64,000 nt of DNA from positions 117,749-181,748 of the forward strand of contig VXRL01000040.1 in assembly GCA_009838515.1 (NCBI GenBank). Direction: 5' to 3'. The stretch comes from Terriglobia bacterium (GTDB lineage Bacteria; Acidobacteriota; Terriglobia; Bryobacterales; UBA6623). This document shows, one piece after another, positions 57,457-64,000 of the stretch (positions are counted from its first letter, which is position 1; each line of letters begins with the position of its first letter). The position numbers were made by a program, and so were the translations under genes. The notes beneath the pieces are model-generated. The model was not told where the DNA came from, made no database searches, and saw nothing but the letters and a program-made list of their open reading frames with translations.

Positions 57457-58881
57457 TCAGTAGTCGTTGCCTGCCAGGCTGCGCTCGACCGAGCGCTGCC
57501 AGGCCTCCATCGCTGCCAGCATCGCACCGACCCGCTCTGGCTGCTCGGACGCAAGGTCGCGGCGCTCACGGGGATCGGCCAGCAGGTCGTACAACTGCGG
57601 CGCCTCGGACCGGATGCGAATCAGTTTGTAGCGGTTGCCGGTCCACGCTGCGCTGCCTCCGAAGTTCTCAGTCTTGGCGACCGGGTGCTGGAAGTTGACA
57701 AAGTCGATGCCAGGGTTGCGGGTGGTGGGCGTAGTGCCTCGGGTTAGTTCCGCTGGCATCCAGCGCTGGTTGCCAGTCTCCGCGCGACGGTCATAGATCC
57801 AGAATCCAATGGCCGACCCGCGCTGCGGCATCTCATTTCGCAGGATCAGGGGGGTGATGTCGGCACCGTCCAGGGGCCGGTCCGGTTGCGGATGGCTGAG
57901 GTCGAGCAACCCGAGCAGCGTGGCGAATATGTCCGTCGTCACCACCGGGACTTGTGTATTCCGAGGCCGGGGAATCTTGGCTGGCCATTCTATGATCGCC
58001 GGCACGCGCAGCCCGCCCTCGTAGATCTGGCCCTTGCGCCCGCGCCAGCCGCCGTTGTATAGGTCCCTCCGTTGCTCCTCGGGGATACCTTCCACGGTGA
58101 TGCCGTTGTCCGAGGTGTACCAAAGCAGCGTGTTGTCGGCGAGACCTCGCTGCTTCAAGGCCGCCCTGAAGCGCCCCAGTGCCCGGTCCATCGCTGTGAT
58201 TTCGGCAAACCGGGCTGCCAGATCGCTTCCCGGCACATCGGCGTATAGCGCCAGATCCTCATCGGTGGCTCGGTACGGACTGTGCGGCGAGCCGAACCAG
58301 AGCGTGATGAAGAACGGCTCTTCACCATCGGATCGGACAGACTCGACGAAGTCCAGCGCCGCATCCACGCAAATCTCCGAACTCTCGCCCCGTATGATTT
58401 CCGGCGGTCCCCCATTGCGACTCAGCGGCGGGTGCATCTCGAAGAAGTTGTCATGGGCGAGGTACTCCTCGTACCCCATTCGGGCCGGGTTAGTGGGCGA
58501 CTCGGCCTTGACCGCTCCGACATGCCACTTGCCGAAGTGGCCAGTGCGGTAGCCAGCGGATCTCAGAATCTGGGCGATCGTGATTTCCTCGGGCCGGGTG
58601 GTATGGTTCGGGGAGAACACGCCGGAGCGGTTTGGGTGGCGGCCGGTCAGGATTGACGTGCGGGTCGGCGAGCAGGTCGGGGCCGCGGCATAAAAGCGGT
58701 CAAAACGCAGGCCGGACGCAGCCATCTCATCCAAGGTGGGGGTCAGCAGATATGGATGTCGTTTGTAACCGACCTCTCCCCAGCCTTGGTCGTCTGCCAA
58801 TGCCAAGACGATATTGGGCAGGTCTGCTGCCGCGACGGACACAGGCGACGTCAAGGCGAGCAGGAATGGAACCAAATACAT
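57457..58881 (-). CDS. Sulfatase
   Basis: 474 aa with a signal peptide. Motifs are PNIVLALADDQGWGE and the FGly motif CSPTRTSILTG. Confidence 0.9.
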   Translation of the reverse strand: MYLVPFLLALTSPVSVAAADLPNIVLALADDQGWGEVGYKRHPYLLTPTLDEMAASGLRFDRFYAAAPTCSPTRTSILTGRHPNRSGVFSPNHTTRPEEITIAQILRSAGYRTGHFGKWHVGAVKAESPTNPARMGYEEYLAHDNFFEMHPPLSRNGGPPEIIRGESSEICVDAALDFVESVRSDGEEPFFITLWFGSPHSPYRATDEDLALYADVPGSDLAARFAEITAMDRALGRFRAALKQRGLADNTLLWYTSDNGITVEGIPEEQRRDLYNGGWRGRKGQIYEGGLRVPAIIEWPAKIPRPRNTQVPVVTTDIFATLLGLLDLSHPQPDRPLDGADITPLILRNEMPQRGSAIGFWIYDRRAETGNQRWMPAELTRGTTPTTRNPGIDFVNFQHPVAKTENFGGSAAWTGNRYKLIRIRSEAPQLYDLLADPRERRDLASEQPERVGAMLAAMEAWQRSVERSLAGNDY

Positions 58882-59039
58882 GCCAACTAGTTTCGCGAAG
58901 TCACCGACTCGATCGGAGCACTAGCGGACCGCATGTCATGCTTGGTTCTCGCCATTCGCCCATGGCTCGGAGCGTCACCGGTCCGATGATGCTAGCCCTC
59001 GAAAGCGAACGCTCATCGAATCGCCGTGCTGGCAGCCGC

Positions 59040-59665
59040 CCGAATCGCACTTCCGTCGCCCTAGCAGAGCAGCGGCGAAGCGCAATGCCGCGACGAGCGC
59101 AAGCCTGAGCCAGTCCATGCGCCGTCCAAGCAAGAGCCCAGTTCGTGAGCCGAGTTGAAGGCCGCTCTCGTGCTTGGAGCAAAGCCTATCAGAACAAGCT
59201 CGTCGACCGACCATTGCAAATGCGCCGATGCGCTAGATTTGTCAGCGATGCTTAGGTCAACCTCATGCCCCCGATTCGCTTGGGTTGTCGCGGTCTTGCA
59301 AGTTGGGAGCTTGACCGTCGCGGAGAAGCCGGTTGAGACGCCGGTTGTGGACTAGACGGCCGGACAGGCGGCAGACTTTCACTCCTGATTCCTGGACCGC
59401 GTGGAGTTGGCCAAGCTGTTCGCGGCGACGCCCGAGAGAGGAACCTTCGGGCACCATGGCCGCCTCGCCTATCACCGGGGAGTTCTGTTCGCCGCTCGGG
59501 ACAGCCACGCGTGCGACGAAAGTTCGTCGGGCCAGCGTGGCATGTCCCGCTACTCGACTGACGGAGGCGAGACCTGGTCGGCTCCCAAGCCTCTCTTCCC
59601 ACCGCTTGCAGATCAAGTCCCCTAGTCGCAGGTCAACCAATCGAACCCATTTCAGACGTTGCAAG
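59040..59665. repeat. Segmental duplication, copy A (degenerate) of 60803..61428
   Basis: Collinear, about 80-85% nucleotide identity by eye, at an offset of about 1,763 bp. It covers a divergent promoter region, a sulfatase signal-peptide start on the minus strand and the first ~140 codons of the BNR gene on the plus strand. Confidence 0.8.
59248..59665 (+). pseudogene. Truncated, stop-riddled paralogue of the BNR/sialidase-fold gene 5' end
   Basis: It aligns codon-for-codon with 61011..61428 but has in-frame TAG (59353), TGA (59386) and TAG (59623). Homology ends at about 59665. ORFs 59155..59355 and 59401..59625 are pieces of it. Confidence 0.75.
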
Positions 59666-59798
59666 AATCGGCCGTCCTGCCTCCATGGACCCGAAGGTGG
59701 TCGCGAGTGTCAGGCGTCTCGATCCGGTCGCGTCCACGCAAGACGGCTGGGAGCTAACCTATCAGGGCCGTCACGATCGGAGACGGCAAGGAGAACAG

Positions 59799-60284
59799 AT
59801 GCGAGACCAAGAGGCACTGCGCGAACACCTGATTCGACTCCTGGATTGGGAAGATGCGCATGTGAACTTCAACACCGTGCTTTCCGGCTGGCCCAAGGAA
59901 CTTCGGGGCGCGAAGCTCGCGGGGTGTCCTCACACGGCTTGGCAACTCCTCGAGCACCTGCGGATCTGTCAGTGGGACATCCTCGAATTCAGCCGCAACC
60001 CAAACCACGTTCCTCCAAGCTTTCCGAGCGGTTACTGGCCGGCGGATGAAGCCCCGCCGAGCGACGCAGCCTGGGATGGCTCAGTGTTGCGGTTCCAAAG
60101 TGATCTGAATGAAATGAAGCGCCTGCTAGGCGACCCTGCGGTGGACTTGCTCGCTCCGATCGCACACGGTCAGGGCCAGACGATTCTCCGCGAGGCATTG
60201 CTCGTCGCGGATCACAACTCACACCACCTAGGCCAGCTAATCATGCTGAGGCGCCTGTCGGGGACTTGGCCCCAGCGCGACTAA
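59799..60284 (+). CDS. DinB-superfamily protein
   Basis: ORF 59685..60284. The ATG at 59799 is preceded by AAGGAGA. HTAWQLLEHLRICQWDIL...ADHNSHHLGQLIMLRR shows DinB-type His ligands. Confidence 0.85.
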   Translation: MRDQEALREHLIRLLDWEDAHVNFNTVLSGWPKELRGAKLAGCPHTAWQLLEHLRICQWDILEFSRNPNHVPPSFPSGYWPADEAPPSDAAWDGSVLRFQSDLNEMKRLLGDPAVDLLAPIAHGQGQTILREALLVADHNSHHLGQLIMLRRLSGTWPQRD

Positions 60285-60533
60285 GCAACCGGCCTCTCAG
60301 CAACTGTCGGTTGCGCAATCGTACGGCCCGTGATGGCCAGAATTCTTCAACTCGGCGCAAGCTAGCTGGGCTTGTACTTGTTGTGGTCGTCGCTCGCGTG
60401 GGCTCCACCGGGCGATTCTCTTAGCCCGCCCGCTAGCGGAGCCAGATTGGAGCCATCCACCGCTGCGCTCCAGAAGCCTGAATTCGGGGCCGACGTTCGC
60501 TCAAGAAGACGCCCCCGCGGCGTCTGCGAATGC

Positions 60534-60880
60534 TTACCGAGGGTTGGCACCCTGATCGACCAGCCATTCGAAGTTGGAACGCGCGACCGTCAAGGACTGG
60601 CATGCCCAGCAGCGGGGCTTGGAGCCGGCGCGCATCATCGGCTCGGGCGGGACGGTCCACTGCCCGCTTGCGGAACGGAAGCGCGGCCCAAACGCACACC
60701 CTCTGCAGCCAACTTGTCGAGGTTGGAGGTGCGGGCGTAGGGTTCGCCGTAGGTTCCGATTTCGAGGCCGTTGTCTTCGGAAACGATCGGGAGGACGTTC
60801 GGCCGACCCGCCGCCGGGCAAGGCAGAAGAGCAGCGGCGAACCGCGGTGCCGCGAGGAGCGGAAGTCTGGACCAGCCCAT
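60534..60880 (-). pseudogene. Sulfatase relic (signal peptide + first ~60 residues, then frame breaks / internal deletion)
   Basis: ORF 60635..60880 reads MGWSRLPLLAAPRFAAALL...GRPNVLPIVSEDNGLEIGTYGEPYARTSNLDKLAAEGVRL...VPQAGSGPSR, a sulfatase N-terminus whose FGly-position residue reads Ser. Only about 350 nt remain, against about 1.4 kb for the intact paralogues. Confidence 0.6.
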
Positions 60881-61428
60881 GCGCTGTCTAAGGAGCAGCC
60901 CGGCTCGTAAGCCCGAGTCGACGGCTGCTCGTGTGATTGGAGCAAATCCAATCAGGACGAGCCCGTCAGCTGGCCAATCCCGATGCGCTGATGCGCTAAG
61001 TTTGTCAGCGATGGTTAGAGCAGCCTCATACCTGCGGCTCGCTTGGGCAATCGCGGTCTTGCAATCCGGGAGCCTGATCGCCGCAGAAGAGGCGGTCGAG
61101 ACGCCGGTTGTGGACTGGACTGCCGGACGGGCGGCGGACTTTCGCTACCAATTCCTGGACCGCGTGGAGACGACCCGGCTGTTCGCGGCGACGCCCGAGA
61201 CAGGAACCTTCAGCCACCATGGTTACCTCGCCTATCACCGGGGGGTGCTGTTCGCCTCTTGGGACAGCCACGCGCGGGACGAAAACTCGTCGGGCCAGCA
61301 TGGCATGTTCCGCTACTCGATCGACGGAGGCGAGACGTGGTCCTCTGCCAAACCTCTCTTCCCGCCTCTTGCAGACAAAGTCCCGCGGTCGGAGGCCAAC
61401 CGATCGAACCCATTTCAGACGTCGCAGG
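60803..61428. repeat. Segmental duplication, copy B (functional side) of 59040..59665
   Basis: See copy A. This copy contains the intact BNR gene start and the sulfatase relic start. Confidence 0.8.
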
Positions 61429-62291
61429 GCTTTGCCAACATTGACGGTCAGCTCTATGCGGTTACCTGCGTGGACAAGGCTCTGGCGGAAAAGGTGTACC
61501 GCTTCAACGAGGTGACGCGCACCCGCGTTGGATTCCTCGCACGCGAAGTGAGAATAGACGGAACGCTCGGCGAAGTCTTCTGGCTATCCCAAACGGCCCC
61601 TCAGCCGGAGCCCGGCTATCCGGCCCTTCCCGCGGGCGACCGGGTGCTGGTGACGAAGATCAATGCCTACTTCGAAGAGCCGGCCAACCTGCGGCAGCTC
61701 CTCTTCAAGCCAAGACAGCACCCGGACTCCGACGATGAGCACCGGATGACCGAGCCCACTCAAGCCTGGCGCCTTGATGACGGCACGTGGGTGCGCCTTT
61801 ACCGGAATCAGGGCACGATTCACGGAAAAAGCCGTTCCGAAATCGAGGCTTCCAGGCCGCGGCGTCACTACGCGGCCTTCTCGTTCGATGATGGCAAGAC
61901 GTGGACAGTGCCGACACGGACGAATTTCCCCGATACGGGCTCCCGCGCCAATGCAGGCAGATTGCCGGACGGCCAGTACTACGTGATCAATAACCCTCTG
62001 CCGATGTCGGCCAGGCAGGGAGGCCGAGCCATGCTGGCGATTTCGCTTTCCCGGGACGGGCTCGAGTTTGATCGCATGGCCGTGATCCGCTTCGTCGCCC
62101 CGCCAACGCGCTACGCAGGCAATGCGAAAGGAGGGGGCGGATACCAGTACCCGCACTCAGTCGTCATTGGGGAGAGCCTCTGGGTGATCTACTCAGTGAA
62201 CAAAGAAGACATGGAAGTGGCGCAGATCCCGCTTTCGCAACTCTATGCGATCACGAAGTCGTCGCATAGCCCGCGAAGCGGTACTCCTTGA
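61011..62291 (+). CDS. Secreted BNR/Asp-box repeat (sialidase-fold) protein
   Basis: ORF 60771..62291. The ATG at 61011 gives signal peptide MVRAASYLRLAWAIAVLQSGSLIAA. Asp-boxes are SIDGGETW and SFDDGKTW, plus a degenerate SLSRDGLEF. Confidence 0.8.
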   Translation: MVRAASYLRLAWAIAVLQSGSLIAAEEAVETPVVDWTAGRAADFRYQFLDRVETTRLFAATPETGTFSHHGYLAYHRGVLFASWDSHARDENSSGQHGMFRYSIDGGETWSSAKPLFPPLADKVPRSEANRSNPFQTSQGFANIDGQLYAVTCVDKALAEKVYRFNEVTRTRVGFLAREVRIDGTLGEVFWLSQTAPQPEPGYPALPAGDRVLVTKINAYFEEPANLRQLLFKPRQHPDSDDEHRMTEPTQAWRLDDGTWVRLYRNQGTIHGKSRSEIEASRPRRHYAAFSFDDGKTWTVPTRTNFPDTGSRANAGRLPDGQYYVINNPLPMSARQGGRAMLAISLSRDGLEFDRMAVIRFVAPPTRYAGNAKGGGGYQYPHSVVIGESLWVIYSVNKEDMEVAQIPLSQLYAITKSSHSPRSGTP

Positions 62292-62540
62292 GCGCGGCTA
62301 TCGGGAAATAACCGTCACTCTTGACCCTGGAACGGTCACCCCTGTTCTCCAAGAAGACCTTCTAACTACTAAGCGCGAATGGCACACGATCCGCAGGTCG
62401 GGCAGTGGAGGCGCTGCGTTGACCCGTCGATAGGAGCCGCTGAGAACGGTAGTGTCGGAATGATCAAGTTCAGCGGCGCCACGGACTTTGGTCTTCGCCG
62501 CGACGTCGTCGTGGGAACGTTCCGTCGTCGTGACTCTGGT

Positions 62541-63452
62541 CTAATCCGACCGCTTGTTCGAGACCGACGGCTCAAGCCACCCGAGCGACACGAAGAATTC
62601 GTCCATGCGGCGGACCGTGTCTGTATAGGCCGAACCGTCGCCACGACCGTAATTGAAGAACCCGTGGATTTCGCCCTCGTAGCCGACCAACTCGCACCGG
62701 CTGCCGACCGATCTGACCTTCTTGGTGAAGAGCTCGGCCGTACTGTACAGGACAGTCGTATCAGCCTTCCCGTGAAAAATGATTGCCGGCGGGAAGCCGG
62801 ACTTTACGTGATGGTACGGCGAGATCGACTCCGGTTCGACACCCGCCCGCTCGGCTCGAGAGGCGATCTGTTCCTTGTCCAATTCAAACTTTCCCGGCAC
62901 GCTGGCCAGCACCATTCCGGGATTGAACAGTGCCAGCGCGTCGGGCTTCGAACTGATCGACTTGTCGCCGGACGGATCATCGTGGTCAGGCAGGGTAGCC
63001 GTCGATGCAGCTAGGTGTCCGCCGGCCGAGCCCCCACCGGCGGCGAGGCGGTTGGGATCGATCCCGAGCCGCTTCGCGTTGGCGCGGGCCCACCTGATCG
63101 CGGACTTTGCGTCCTGCACACATTTGTGGCCTTTGACGCCGTGACGGTCGAGAACTCGGTAGTCCGCCGCCATCGCCACCATGCCCCGAGCTGCGAGGTG
63201 CTTCGCTTGATGTCGAAACTGTCCCGGAGTGCCCCTGCGCCAGCCGCCGCCAAAGAAGAACACGATTGCCGGACGGCCGTCGGACGCCTTGTGCCCTTCC
63301 GGTTCGAAGATCCAAATCTTGAGGTCGGTTCCTTCGACGGACTTGTACGTTTCCACCCGGGCCTCGGGCATGTTGGGCGGGTAGTTCGATTGCTGTTGCG
63401 CAACAGCAATCGAACACAGAACTGTCGCGGCGAGCACGGTGCGGAGTAGCAT
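62541..63452 (-). CDS. Secreted alpha/beta hydrolase (esterase, HGGG type)
   Basis: 303 aa with a signal peptide. Motifs are VFFFGGGW and GGSAGGH, with a downstream D and H (GEIHGF). ORFs 62379..63014(+), 63015..63449(+) and 63011..63661(-) are overlapping artefacts. Confidence 0.85.
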   Translation of the reverse strand: MLLRTVLAATVLCSIAVAQQQSNYPPNMPEARVETYKSVEGTDLKIWIFEPEGHKASDGRPAIVFFFGGGWRRGTPGQFRHQAKHLAARGMVAMAADYRVLDRHGVKGHKCVQDAKSAIRWARANAKRLGIDPNRLAAGGGSAGGHLAASTATLPDHDDPSGDKSISSKPDALALFNPGMVLASVPGKFELDKEQIASRAERAGVEPESISPYHHVKSGFPPAIIFHGKADTTVLYSTAELFTKKVRSVGSRCELVGYEGEIHGFFNYGRGDGSAYTDTVRRMDEFFVSLGWLEPSVSNKRSD

Positions 63453-63778
63453 GGACGCCTCCTGAAGCGAGCTGGCGTTTCAAACGCCGGACGAATTATA
63501 CACTGCAGCGCCGGCCGACCCACGACAGGAGGCACCCATAGCACGCTTCGCTGATACGCGATATGGATGTCGCTCCGAAGCCGGTCGCCAACCAACCCGG
63601 GCACGACGTAGACATCAGTCTGAACGTCTGCGCCACGAGCGGCCCTGCCAGACGCGTTCAAGGCCCGGCCCTGCTCGAATCGCCGCTTGGGGGCTGCTCG
63701 GACGAGTACCGGTCCGAAGTGCGTCGGAGCCGATTCGAGCCATCCCGTCGGCTCAATCGCTGCAACTTACCGAGAGCA

Positions 63779-63853
63779 TGGAGCGGGAGACGGGGATCGA
63801 ACCCGCGACATTCAGCTTGGGAAGCTGACGTTCTACCTCTGAACTACTCCCGC
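63779..63853 (-). tRNA. tRNA-Gly (anticodon CCC), CCA encoded
   Basis: Hand-folded. Acceptor GCGGGAG/CTCCCGC, anticodon stem UCAGC/GCUGA with loop UUCCCAA, T-arm GCGGG-TTCGATC-CCCGT and 3' UCCA. Confidence 0.9.
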
Positions 63854-64000
63854 TCGACGATCTGATCCTAACACAAGGGGCTCCGATCCGAACCGGATTA
63901 CCTAGCAGGCTCAGCTAGCGTTAGTTGCCGGGAACGTGTCGATCCGGCCGTCGGTCCGGTTGGTCTCAGGCCCATTTCTTGACCCGGTTTGTCTGAACGA

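Noticed and set aside
60285-60314. Hairpin GCAACCG-N16-CGGTTGC after the DinB stop, considered as a terminator
   Set aside because: The loop is large and no U-tract follows, which is too weak to call.
62379-63661. ORFs 62379..63014(+), 63015..63449(+) and 63011..63661(-)
   Set aside because: They overlap the well-supported esterase (62541..63452) in antisense or alternative frames and have no motifs.
63911-64000. Possible C-terminal end of a minus-strand gene entering from the right edge
   Set aside because: Only about 30 codons are visible and there is no recognisable motif, so it cannot be supported.

Overview
High-GC window (about 60-65% G+C by eye, not computed). The gene content is typical of Planctomycetota, Acidobacteriota or Verrucomicrobiota genomes, and I cannot assign the phylum from sequence alone. 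About 45 coding regions are supportable, mostly secreted or Tat-exported enzymes. They include six intact sulfatases plus one sulfatase relic. There are two PSCyt/DUF1549/DUF1553 + DUF1501 gene pairs in mirrored orientation around tRNA-Ser(GCU). There are two sets of Tat-signal redox and TIM-barrel enzymes, and a complete RND efflux operon (permease, adaptor, TolC-like). Other calls are ispH, an MFS transporter, an MBL-fold hydrolase, two alpha/beta hydrolases, a DinB protein and tRNA-Gly(CCC). Accessory or decaying patches hold an AbiE locus with intact AbiEi but a doubly frameshifted AbiEii, and a Phd/PIN pair with palindromic operator candidates. They also hold an orphan PIN, an orphan DUF2283, an NYN relic and a P-loop ATPase relic. 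Eight adjacent gene pairs overlap by 4 nt (ATGA or GTGA), which suggests translational coupling. I found no CRISPR array, transposase, integrase, reverse transcriptase or canonical intact multi-gene defence system. The best candidates for something under-described are listed here.
1. A 1,298-aa astacin-type metallopeptidase with an unusual repeat architecture.
2. A Tat-signal 9-cysteine small protein coupled to an MFS transporter.
3. A plug-less Oar-like outer-membrane barrel + MIDAS-less VWA-like protein + esterase operon.
4. A translationally coupled metallophosphoesterase-sulfatase-YHYH operon.
5. A single-gene low-GC island encoding a divergent FAD oxidoreductase.
6. A large edge-truncated secreted protein that combines a CxxCH motif with terpene-cyclase-like and HEAT-like repeats.
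7. Two local duplications that record recent rearrangement.
All family assignments come from motif recognition by eye. No database search was run.
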